The notes under the pieces: generated by a model
The model's database searches: none
What the model was told of the DNA's origin: nothing
What the model saw: only the letters and a program-made list of their open reading frames with translations
Assembly (NCBI GenBank): GCA_965240855.1
Contig: CBDEMG010000036.1
Span: 15,917-79,916 of the forward strand
Source: an uncultured Bacteroidia bacterium
GTDB lineage: Bacteria > Bacteroidota > Bacteroidia > Bacteroidales > CAJPTX01
Reading direction: 5' to 3'
Length of the DNA stretch: 64,000 nucleotides
Translations under genes and position numbers: made by a program
Shown: one piece after another, positions 55,701 to 64,000 of the stretch
Layout: each line of letters begins with the position of its first letter
Position numbering within the stretch: the stretch's first letter is position 1

Positions 55701-56444
55701 ATGGCAGACAGTGGAGAGCGCATGCGTTTACATACTACAAATCTGGTAAAACGCTATAAGAAACGTACGGTAGTTAAGGGGGTAAGTATAGAGGTTCAGC
55801 AAGGTGAGATTGTCGGTTTGCTTGGACCCAATGGTGCGGGTAAGACTACTACTTTCTATATGATTGTCGGATTGATAGTACCCAATGAAGGAGCAATCTT
55901 TTTGGACGATAAGGAGATAACACACGAACCCGTTTATCGCCGTGCACAACAAGGGATCGGCTATCTAGCACAGGAGGAGAGTGTATTTCGAAAACTCTCT
56001 GTAGAGGATAATATCCGTTCGGTCTTGGAGATGACGAGCCACCCAAAAGCGTATCAGCGAGAAAAAACCGAGAGTCTACTTAAGGAGTTTAATCTACTTA
56101 AGATTCGTAAAAATCTCGGGATACAGCTCTCTGGAGGCGAAAAACGTCGGACGGAGATCGCTCGAGCCTTAGCACTCGATCCGAAGTTTATATTGTTAGA
56201 TGAACCCTTTGCTGGAGTAGATCCTATTGCGGTAGAGGATATTCAAAATATAGTAGCACACCTGAAGGATCGGAATATAGGGATCTTGATCACCGATCAC
56301 AATGTACGCGAGACACTCTCTATAACCGATCGTGCTTATTTGCTTTTTGATGGGAGTATTTTGATGTCAGGAACAACAGAGGAGTTGGCAGCGAATGAGC
56401 GTGTACGTGAGGTATACCTTGGCAAGAATTTCCAGTTACATTAG
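55701..56444 (+). CDS. lptB: LPS export ABC transporter ATP-binding protein
   Basis: [71 protein letters not shown]. Confidence 0.88.
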   Translation: MADSGERMRLHTTNLVKRYKKRTVVKGVSIEVQQGEIVGLLGPNGAGKTTTFYMIVGLIVPNEGAIFLDDKEITHEPVYRRAQQGIGYLAQEESVFRKLSVEDNIRSVLEMTSHPKAYQREKTESLLKEFNLLKIRKNLGIQLSGGEKRRTEIARALALDPKFILLDEPFAGVDPIAVEDIQNIVAHLKDRNIGILITDHNVRETLSITDRAYLLFDGSILMSGTTEELAANERVREVYLGKNFQLH

Positions 56445-56547
56445 TGTTTGATGTGAGTTGTGCAACCTGATAGGGGCGTGTATATAAAGGCATCGAACTA
56501 TCGCTAGATGCAAAATAGCAACAGAAAAAACCTTATGGAAAAAATAC

Positions 56548-56555
56548 TAATTTTG
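56548..56555 (+). promoter_or_regulatory. candidate -7 promoter element TAATTTTG for lysS
   Basis: Matches TAnnTTTG. It lies 27 nt upstream of ATG 56582. Confidence 0.4.
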
Positions 56556-56581
56556 CACAGGTGTAAAGTAGTAGTAGTAGT

Positions 56582-58111
56582 ATGGTAGAACGTAGTGAAC
56601 AGGAATTAGGTCGACTGTCTGCGCTAGAGCAGTTACGAGCATTGGGGATAGAACCCTACCCTGCAGCTTTATATCCCATCACTCATCATATCGGTGATTT
56701 ATTGACCCAATTTGAGTCCCTCAGTGCTACACAGGAGCGTGTAGTAGTTGCAGGACGTATTCGAGCTCGTCGAATTATGGGGAGTGCTTCTTTTCTTTCA
56801 TTGCAAGATGAATCGGGGAGCATACAAGGATATGTAAAACGAGACGAACTCTGTCCTACAGAGGACAAGACCTTCTATAATACTGTATTCAAGAAATTGC
56901 TTGACTTGGGTGATTTTATTGGTCTCGAGGGCAAGATGTTTCGCACGCAGACGGGGGAGATTAGTATTCATGTAGAGAAGCTTGTTCTGCTTGCTAAAGC
57001 GATACGTCCGTTACCCGTGGTAAAAGAGAAAGATGGAGTGCAGTATGACGCTTTTAGCGATCCTGAGCTTCGATATCGTCAGCGGTATGTAGATCTTGCA
57101 TTGAATGCAGAGACGCGACGCACCTTTAGATTACGGCAGCGTATTATCTCTGCCATGCGAAATTATTTTGATGAGAATGGTTATCTCGAGGTTGAGACGC
57201 CTATTCTTCAACCTATAGCAGGAGGTGCTAGTGCTCGTCCGTTTGTAACGCATCACAATGCATTAGACATTCCACTATTCTTACGTATCGCCAACGAACT
57301 CTATCTAAAACGTTTGTTGGTGGGGGGCTACGATGGTGTTTATGAGTTTGCGAAGGATTTCCGTAATGAGGGAATGGATCGTAAGCACAATCCCGAGTTC
57401 TCTGTGCTGGAAATTTATGTTGCTTACAAGGACTATCTCTGGATGATGGACTTTGTGCAGGAGATGCTTCGTCGAGTGGTACTTGCCGTCCATGGGAAAT
57501 TGCAATTCACCTCGCATGGTGTTGAATTCGATTTCTCGAAACCCTTCGTGCGTCTAACAATGCGCGAGGCTATTTTGCAGTATGGAGGTGTGGATATTGA
57601 CGAGCTTGATGAAGCGCAACTACGAGCTGAGTGTAAGAGACGCGGAGCAGATGTTGATGAAACGTATGGAAAAGGGAAGTTGATAGACGAACTTTTTGGT
57701 CTTACGGCTGAAGAACATCTCATTCAACCTACCTATCTAATCGATTACCCTACGGAGATGTCTCCTCTCTGCAAACGTCATCGGAGTAATCCGAAATTAA
57801 CAGAACGGTTCGAGCTCTTTGTCAACGGTAGCGAGCTTTGCAATGCCTACAGCGAGTTAAATGACCCAGTAGATCAGCTCGCACGTTTCAAAGAACAGAT
57901 GCTTTTGGCTCAAAAAGGAGATGAGGAAGCGATGGTGATCGATTACGACTATATCCGCGCCATGGAGTATGGGATGCCACCTTGTTCTGGTATGGGGATT
58001 GGAATAGATCGCCTTGCTATGTTGGTGCTAGATAAAGCCTCGATACAAGATATACTCCTTTTTCCACAGATGCGCCCCGAAACTTGGAATCTAACTCAAA
58101 ATGAAGAGTAG
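56582..58111 (+). CDS. lysS: lysyl-tRNA synthetase, class II
   Basis: OB-fold N-terminus (VVVAGRIRARRIMGSASFLSLQDESG). Class II motifs are present: YLEVETPIL, FRNEGMDRKHNPEF and GMGIGIDRLAML. Confidence 0.92.
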   Translation: MVERSEQELGRLSALEQLRALGIEPYPAALYPITHHIGDLLTQFESLSATQERVVVAGRIRARRIMGSASFLSLQDESGSIQGYVKRDELCPTEDKTFYNTVFKKLLDLGDFIGLEGKMFRTQTGEISIHVEKLVLLAKAIRPLPVVKEKDGVQYDAFSDPELRYRQRYVDLALNAETRRTFRLRQRIISAMRNYFDENGYLEVETPILQPIAGGASARPFVTHHNALDIPLFLRIANELYLKRLLVGGYDGVYEFAKDFRNEGMDRKHNPEFSVLEIYVAYKDYLWMMDFVQEMLRRVVLAVHGKLQFTSHGVEFDFSKPFVRLTMREAILQYGGVDIDELDEAQLRAECKRRGADVDETYGKGKLIDELFGLTAEEHLIQPTYLIDYPTEMSPLCKRHRSNPKLTERFELFVNGSELCNAYSELNDPVDQLARFKEQMLLAQKGDEEAMVIDYDYIRAMEYGMPPCSGMGIGIDRLAMLVLDKASIQDILLFPQMRPETWNLTQNEE

Positions 58112-58167
58112 TTTTTGAATAGTCTCTGGGGAAGTGCACCAACTTACAAATTTCAACAAGCGATAGA

Positions 58168-60186
58168 ATGGTAAAACGGTTTGATGGTTTACAGCAAAAG
58201 GCTTGTGTCTGGGTATTTACAGTAGTACTTTTTTTTGTTACTCTTGTCTGTACCTTGTCTTTACAGGCTCAACCAGCCCCAATACGTAAAGCGGACGCTT
58301 TTTACGAGGCTGGGGGCTACTATGAAGCATTGAATCTGTATAAGGAGAATCTGGTATTACTCTCGAAAGAAGAACTCCCGAATTACCTTTATAGGGTTGC
58401 TGAGTGTTATCGTAGAACAGGTAAGCCGCGCCAGGCTGAGCTCTGGTATCAAAAAGCAATTTTACGTGAATGTCCAGAACCCAAAGTATTTCTCTATTAT
58501 GCCTATATGCTTCTCTCGAACGAGAATTACGACCAAGCAAAAGAGAATTTTGAGGCGTATCTAAAATTGCAACCCAATGATAAGCGTGCACAAATGGGTT
58601 TGCAATCCTGTGAATTAGCCAAGGTATGGAAAGCATCCCCCTCGGGATACATAGTTAAATTGATGCCAGTACTTGATACCAAACAAAACGACTACTGTGC
58701 ATCGTATGCTTCTGCAGATTATCGAACTATTGTACTCACGAGTTCGCGAGATATCGCCATGGGACGCGATAAACATGCTGCGACGGGTGAAAAATTTACC
58801 GATCTCTTCATCTCTTTAAGTAATGGGGAGGGTCGTTGGGGAAAACCGAAACCTTTGATAGGCAGTATTAATACGAACGATGAGGAGGGAACTCCCAACT
58901 TTACACAAGATTTTACTAAGATGTACTTCACGCGTTGCGTGGCGGGTAAAAAGGGTAAGTTGGGGTGTCAGATATATGAAGCGACATTAGCTGGCGAAGG
59001 ATGGGATAATCCTACTGCACTGCCCATAGCAGTAGACTCTGTAGTTGTGGCGCATCCCGCAATTAGTCCCGATGGCTTGACATTATATTTTACGAGCGAT
59101 CTCCCTGGAGGGTTCGGTGGTATGGATTTGTGGAAGGTGACTCGTGCAAGTACAAGCGATTCGTGGGGTGAACCGATAAATATGGGGGGAAGTATTAATA
59201 CGGAAGGAGACGAGATGTTTCCCTACGTGCATAGCGATGGTACATTATATTTTTCCTCCAATGGCTGGCCAGGTATGGGAGGTTTAGATATTTTTAGGGT
59301 TGGCAAAGATGCGAAAAGCGAACCTCTTGTGGAGAATATGCGCTATCCTATAAACTCCTCTGAGGACGACTTTGGAATTACGATACAGAAAGAACGCGAA
59401 GAAGGTTTTTTTACTTCTCGGAGATCTGGAGGTCGCGGCGGTGACGATATCTATTGGTTCTATCTTCCGCCATTGGAGTTTAATCTTTTGGGTGTAGTAC
59501 GCGACGATAAGGATAACTCGCCCCTCAAGAAAGCTAAAGTAAAATTGGTGGGGAGCGATGGGAGTATTCAAAATACCGAGACAAATGACGAGGGGAAGTT
59601 TAAATTTATCTTGAAACCGAACACCGACTATGTTGCAATAACCTCGGATAAAGGCTATCTGAATAGTAAACTAAAGACTTCTACTAAGGGGAAATCGGTC
59701 AGCGAGGATCTCTCGGTAGAGTTGTCGATGAATTCGGTTGCAAAGCCAATTGTCCTTCCCAATATATTTTACGATTTCAATAATTGGGAACTGCGTCCAG
59801 AATCGGTAGAATCGCTTGAGATGATGGTCGAAATTTTGAACGACAATCCTAATATTGTTATTGAGCTTGGTTCACATACAGACAATCGCGGTTCGAAGGA
59901 ATACAATTTAGAACTCTCGCAAAAACGTGCACAAGCAGTAGTAAATTATTTGATAGAACACGGAATTCCTGCAGAGCGTCTACGGGCAAAGGGATATGCT
60001 CAAAGTGAACCTTTTGTAGTAACAAGTTCGCTACATCAACAGTACGATTACCTGCCTGAAGGACAAGTGTTAGATGAGAATTTTATTGATTCTTTGGTCT
60101 CGGAAGAGCAGAAAGAGGTGGCTTGGCAATCTAATCGTCGTACTCAATTCAGAGTTCTTCGCAACGATTACGTACCTGCTCCCTAG
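58168..60186 (+). CDS. OmpA-family protein with TPR, TolB-like repeat and carboxypeptidase-regulatory-like domains
   Basis: Signal/TM segment, then TPR-like repeats (YYEALNLY, AECYRRTGKPRQAELWYQKA). WD40-like PD40 motifs follow (SPDGLTLYFTSD, HSDGTLYFSSN). The C-terminal OmpA domain has NIFYDFNNWELRPES...GSHTDNRGSKEYNLELSQKRAQAV. Confidence 0.82.
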   Translation: MVKRFDGLQQKACVWVFTVVLFFVTLVCTLSLQAQPAPIRKADAFYEAGGYYEALNLYKENLVLLSKEELPNYLYRVAECYRRTGKPRQAELWYQKAILRECPEPKVFLYYAYMLLSNENYDQAKENFEAYLKLQPNDKRAQMGLQSCELAKVWKASPSGYIVKLMPVLDTKQNDYCASYASADYRTIVLTSSRDIAMGRDKHAATGEKFTDLFISLSNGEGRWGKPKPLIGSINTNDEEGTPNFTQDFTKMYFTRCVAGKKGKLGCQIYEATLAGEGWDNPTALPIAVDSVVVAHPAISPDGLTLYFTSDLPGGFGGMDLWKVTRASTSDSWGEPINMGGSINTEGDEMFPYVHSDGTLYFSSNGWPGMGGLDIFRVGKDAKSEPLVENMRYPINSSEDDFGITIQKEREEGFFTSRRSGGRGGDDIYWFYLPPLEFNLLGVVRDDKDNSPLKKAKVKLVGSDGSIQNTETNDEGKFKFILKPNTDYVAITSDKGYLNSKLKTSTKGKSVSEDLSVELSMNSVAKPIVLPNIFYDFNNWELRPESVESLEMMVEILNDNPNIVIELGSHTDNRGSKEYNLELSQKRAQAVVNYLIEHGIPAERLRAKGYAQSEPFVVTSSLHQQYDYLPEGQVLDENFIDSLVSEEQKEVAWQSNRRTQFRVLRNDYVPAP

Positions 60187-60226
60187 GGAGGTATGCCGTA
60201 GACGAATCTCACTCAAAGCGTAGATC

Positions 60227-60589
60227 ATGTTACGACTCTTGTGTCTAGTTATTCTGACTCTTCTCTTTTGCTGCAGTGTTGAGCTGAAGGCGCAGAAATT
60301 TTATCAATGCGAAGAGAATGAAACGCCGGATTTGAAAGTCTGGGCGGCAGAATCGGCCAAAGGGGCAGATTTTAATGCTTATTTTGTCTACGATATTGCT
60401 GAGATGAAAGGGATGACGATCGGGACGGTCTTACAAGTTGCGACACGCCAAGAAGCAGATTTCTCTCTCCAGTTTGTTGATGATAAGAAGGATGCAGATT
60501 TTTCTCTTTGGATTGTAGAAACTGCTGAGGATGCTGGCTGGAAGAATAAAGCAAAGGAACATCTCTTCGATAAATATTTGAATAAGTGA
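60227..60589 (+). CDS. small secreted protein with three ADF-containing repeats (DUF6150-like)
   Basis: Signal MLRLLCLVILTLLFCCSVELKAQ. Repeats are GADFNAYFVYD, EADFSLQFVDD and DADFSLWIVET. The stop TGA overlaps the purM ATG (TGATG). Confidence 0.55.
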   Translation: MLRLLCLVILTLLFCCSVELKAQKFYQCEENETPDLKVWAAESAKGADFNAYFVYDIAEMKGMTIGTVLQVATRQEADFSLQFVDDKKDADFSLWIVETAEDAGWKNKAKEHLFDKYLNK

Positions 60590-61782
60590 TGGAGCGCAAG
60601 TTCAATCAATCAGATCGCTATATGCGTCGAGGAGTATCTTCTACTAAGGAAGACGTACATAAGGCTATAGTATCGCTTTCTAAAGGTTTATATCCTACGG
60701 CTTTTTGTAAGGTACTTCCCGATTTGCAAGGCGATCCAGATTCTTGTATAGTTATGCACGCAGATGGAGCTGGGACAAAATCGAGCCTAGCTTATGCCTA
60801 TTGGCGTGAGACTGGCGATTTATCTGTATGGCGAGGTATAGCTCAAGATGCTATCGTCATGAATCTAGATGATCTGCTCTGTGTAGGTATCACAGATAAT
60901 ATTTTGCTTTCGTCTACAATTGGACGCAACAAACGTTTAATTCCTAGCGAAGTGATCAGTGCTCTGATTGAGGGAACAGAGGCTTTTTGTGCTAATATGC
61001 GCTCTTTAGGAATCAATATAGAACTCACTGGTGGCGAGACTGCGGATGTTGGCGACCTAGTTCGTACGGTGATAGTAGATAGTACTGTCGTTGCCCGTAC
61101 AAAACGCGCACAAATTATAGCTAACGACAAGATACAACCCGGCGATGTAATTGTTGGATTTGCTTCGTATGGTCAGGCAACTTACGAGACCGAATACAAC
61201 AGTGGTATGGGGAGTAACGGATTGACATCGGCGCGTCATGATATTTTTTCCAAAAATGTTGCCTTGCGCTACCCCGAAACTTACGATACCGAGTTAGAAT
61301 CTACGCTTTCCTATACAGGACATTATGAATTAACACAGCCAATAGCGGGTACGACCTTGGATGCTGGAGGTTTGGTATTAAGTCCTACTCGAACGTATGC
61401 ACCGATAATACGCGATATTCTAGCTACAATAGGATTCGAAGCAGTACACGCTCTAATCCATTGTTCTGGTGGTGGGCAAACTAAAGTATTACGTTTTGCG
61501 CAAAACCTCCGTGTAGTAAAAGATAATCTCTTACCTATTCCAATATTATTTCGTTTGATTCAAGAAGAATCTCAAGCTCCGTGGTCAGAAATGTATCAGG
61601 TGTTCAATATGGGGCATCGTATGGAGATTTATCTTGCGCCAGAGTTGGCTGAAACTGTAATAGATATTGCAAACCACTACAATGTAGCTGCTCAAGTTGT
61701 TGGTCATTGCGAAATCTCTTCTTCGGGAGATACACAAGTGCAGATATGTTCGGAATATGGAGAATTCCTATACGAGGTATAG
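60589..61782 (+). CDS. purM: phosphoribosylformylglycinamidine cyclo-ligase (AIR synthase, long Bacteroidota form)
   Basis: RRGVSSTKEDVHKAI...FCKVLPDLQGDPDSCIVMHADGAGTKSSLAYAYWRETGD. C-terminal PurM domain. ATG at 60589 (the track start GTG is at 60586). Confidence 0.8.
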   Translation: MERKFNQSDRYMRRGVSSTKEDVHKAIVSLSKGLYPTAFCKVLPDLQGDPDSCIVMHADGAGTKSSLAYAYWRETGDLSVWRGIAQDAIVMNLDDLLCVGITDNILLSSTIGRNKRLIPSEVISALIEGTEAFCANMRSLGINIELTGGETADVGDLVRTVIVDSTVVARTKRAQIIANDKIQPGDVIVGFASYGQATYETEYNSGMGSNGLTSARHDIFSKNVALRYPETYDTELESTLSYTGHYELTQPIAGTTLDAGGLVLSPTRTYAPIIRDILATIGFEAVHALIHCSGGGQTKVLRFAQNLRVVKDNLLPIPILFRLIQEESQAPWSEMYQVFNMGHRMEIYLAPELAETVIDIANHYNVAAQVVGHCEISSSGDTQVQICSEYGEFLYEV

Positions 61783-61804
61783 CACTTATAGTTTAATTCG
61801 TTTT

Positions 61805-62521
61805 ATGTTGTATATAGGAAATACGAAGTCTGGTAATCGTTGGTTGATTATGCTAGTGTGCCTCTTCTTCTTAGATGTGTACAATGCATATGCCATCAAC
61901 TGGCACAACAAACAGGTGGTACTCATAGGTTATAGCTTTTCGCTAGATAGCAAGTTCAGTAAAAAATTGCTTCCCTACGACGAATTGTTTCCAGAACCTC
62001 CAAAAACCGTGAAAGAAGATAGGATATACAGTTTCTTTAAACTTATCTCCTATGAGATGCTTAAGAATACGCTCCAGAAAGAGTTGGATCTTTTCATACT
62101 ACCTGTCAATGTATATGGACGCAGGTTTGATTACGACTCGTATGGTTTCCCAAAAACCAGTATAGAGAAAGCTCAGCGTTGGGGGGATGCAAAATATTAC
62201 CTTAAGGTGCATATAGGAATTGAGGCAAGTCCTGAGAGCGGAGTCTTTGGATCGAAACCCGCTAGCTTAGATACGGATCTTGAACCTGACGAATATTTGC
62301 GTCCTCGAGTAAAGGTTGAGCTTACGTTCTATAAGAGTCGGGGGGTAATATCGTTCGCCTCTTATAGCTCGACAATGCAGTGGCAGACGCCACTAGTTCT
62401 CGAGCCAACGGTACTGGATGGACTTGTAAATACACAAGATCGAACGGATATGCGTACACTACGCGAGGCGCTTAATTTGGGTATGAGCGCGATAGTAGAA
62501 GAGATAGAGAAGAAAAAGTAA
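61805..62521 (+). CDS. hypothetical secreted protein (238 aa)
   Basis: Track ORF 61697..62521 overlaps purM. The first ATG after the purM stop, at 61805, gives MLYIGNTKSGNRWLIMLVCLFFLDVYNAYA (signal-like). No recognised motif. Confidence 0.5.
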   Translation: MLYIGNTKSGNRWLIMLVCLFFLDVYNAYAINWHNKQVVLIGYSFSLDSKFSKKLLPYDELFPEPPKTVKEDRIYSFFKLISYEMLKNTLQKELDLFILPVNVYGRRFDYDSYGFPKTSIEKAQRWGDAKYYLKVHIGIEASPESGVFGSKPASLDTDLEPDEYLRPRVKVELTFYKSRGVISFASYSSTMQWQTPLVLEPTVLDGLVNTQDRTDMRTLREALNLGMSAIVEEIEKKK

Positions 62522-62590
62522 GAACAAGATGTTATACACGATGAGTTTCATCATCTTGTTGACGTTAGATTGTAGTAAATAGTAGAGAAA

Positions 62591-63982
62591 ATGTTGTCGC
62601 GCACGCGGATAAAGGAGTTGCTTAGAGACGGAAAAGCAGGCGGTAGGTATACAGTAAAGGGCTGGGTACGATCGAAACGGGGCAATAAGAATGTTGTATT
62701 TCTGACTCTTAACGATGGCTCTTGTGCCTCGATGTTGCAGGTAGTTTTTGCTCCCAGTTTGGTAGAAGAGGCTTTGTTACGCGAAATTACGACGGGTGCT
62801 AGTGTAGCCATTGATGGATTGCTTGTAGCCTCTCCCGGACAACAACAGAGGGTAGAAATGCAGGCAGAGAAGGTCGAATTGTTGGGAAGTGCTGATCCAC
62901 AGACCTACCCACTACAGAAAAAAGGACATTCGCTGGAATTTTTACGTTCGATAGCGCACTTACGTATACGAACCAATACTTTCGGGGCGATATTCCGTTT
63001 GCGCGATGCAATGTCCTTTGCAATTCACGAGTTTTTCCACCAAAAAGGTTTTGTTTACTTGCATACTCCTCTCATTACTAGCTCAGACGCAGAGGGCGCT
63101 GGCGCAATGTTCAGAGTTACGACACTTCCTTTGGATAATCCTCCTAGGAGCGAAGATGGGAAGATTGATTGGCGCCAAGATTTTTTTGGGACAAGTGCTA
63201 ATCTGACAGTATCGGGGCAACTGGAGGGCGAGTTAGGAGCAACAGCGCTGGGGGAGGTTTATACTTTTGGACCGACTTTCCGTGCCGAGAACTCCAATAC
63301 TCCGCGTCATTTGGCAGAGTTTTGGATGATTGAGCCCGAGATGGCTTTTTACGAGATCGAGGACAATATGGATCTTGCAGAAGAGATGCTCCAATATTTG
63401 GTGCGTTATGCCCTCGATCATTGTATGGAGGATCTCCAACTCTTAAACGAACTTTGGGATAAGCAGTTGCTCGATAGGCTTCAATCAATTCTACAGCAAC
63501 CCTTTGTTCGACTTACTTATACAGAAGCGGTAGATATTCTTCAAAAGACTCAGAAAAAATGGGAGTATCCTGTAACTTGGGGTGCAGACCTACAGAGTGA
63601 GCACGAGCGCTATCTAGCAGAGGAACATTTTAAGTCTCCGGTGATCCTAACAGACTATCCTGCAGAAATTAAAGCTTTTTATATGAAATTGAATGCGGAT
63701 GGAAAGACTGTGCGAGCTATGGATGTCTTGTTCCCTAAGATAGGAGAAATCATTGGCGGATCGCAGCGCGAAGAGAATTACGAACGGCTTGTTGCTCGTA
63801 TGGAAGCTATGCATGTACCGACTAAAGAGATGAACTGGTACATTGATACACGGAGATTTGGGACAGTGCCACATAGTGGATTCGGTTTGGGCTTCGAACG
63901 ATTAATGCTCTTTATTACTGGGATGGAGAATATACGCGATGTGATCCCCTTCCCACGCACTCCTCTTCATTGCGACTTTTAA
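62591..63982 (+). CDS. asnS: asparaginyl-tRNA synthetase
   Basis: OB-fold N-terminus ([23 protein letters not shown]). Class II motifs: [24 protein letters not shown] and [15 protein letters not shown]. Confidence 0.93.
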   Translation: MLSRTRIKELLRDGKAGGRYTVKGWVRSKRGNKNVVFLTLNDGSCASMLQVVFAPSLVEEALLREITTGASVAIDGLLVASPGQQQRVEMQAEKVELLGSADPQTYPLQKKGHSLEFLRSIAHLRIRTNTFGAIFRLRDAMSFAIHEFFHQKGFVYLHTPLITSSDAEGAGAMFRVTTLPLDNPPRSEDGKIDWRQDFFGTSANLTVSGQLEGELGATALGEVYTFGPTFRAENSNTPRHLAEFWMIEPEMAFYEIEDNMDLAEEMLQYLVRYALDHCMEDLQLLNELWDKQLLDRLQSILQQPFVRLTYTEAVDILQKTQKKWEYPVTWGADLQSEHERYLAEEHFKSPVILTDYPAEIKAFYMKLNADGKTVRAMDVLFPKIGEIIGGSQREENYERLVARMEAMHVPTKEMNWYIDTRRFGTVPHSGFGLGFERLMLFITGMENIRDVIPFPRTPLHCDF

Positions 63983-64000
63983 CGAAAAATAGAGCACGAT

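Noticed and set aside
56568-56582. A (GTA)5 trinucleotide repeat ending at the lysS start codon. I considered it as a contingency locus.
   Set aside because: There are only five units, the repeat lies in the 5' leader of an essential gene, and changes in units of 3 nt would not shift the frame. It is most likely chance.
62523-62560. A 9-bp inverted repeat, AACAAGATG-N20-CATCTTGTT, after the 61805-62521 gene, considered as a terminator.
   Set aside because: The loop is long (20 nt) and no U-tract follows. It may still be a processing or regulatory hairpin, but I cannot support a terminator call.

Overview
This window looks like a core chromosomal region of a Bacteroidota genome, probably Bacteroidales-like. 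Four things support that assignment: an archaeal-type ProRS, a GldH-like lipoprotein, TonB-dependent receptor/lipoprotein loci, and TAnnTTTG promoter motifs 20-60 nt upstream of starts with almost no Shine-Dalgarno sequences. I call 55 protein-coding genes, tightly packed and mostly housekeeping.

Gene content by function:
- Aminoacyl-tRNA synthetases: proS, serS, lysS, asnS.
- Envelope and LPS: kdsD, an EptA-like transferase, lpxH, lptB, plsC, creD and OmpA-family proteins.
- DNA metabolism: ruvC, parC, uvrA, nrdDG.
- Other: lon, pyrC, trmB, rlmD, mdh, lpdA, dapF, purM, cysQ and two tandem SNF transporters.

I saw no rRNA, tRNA, CRISPR array, transposase, integrase or phage gene. I do not see a convincing novel multi-gene system.

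The items most worth a second look are:
1. RuvC and QueD are encoded as one uninterrupted reading frame.
2. An overlapping pyrC / hemerythrin-like / LuxR pseudo-receiver string may be a sensing module.
3. A TonB receptor, beta-propeller lipoprotein, Ig-like lipoprotein and orphan binding protein form a locus with no riboswitch and no permease or ATPase.
4. A 741-bp intergenic region lies upstream of nrdDG. It has two compositionally distinct parts and many palindromes.
5. A secreted protein is extremely rich in N, Q, S, T and Y and has an aromatic DPWY core.
6. A 30-codon ribosomal protein bS22 gene is missing from the ORF track.

All product calls come from motif recognition by eye. No database search was run.
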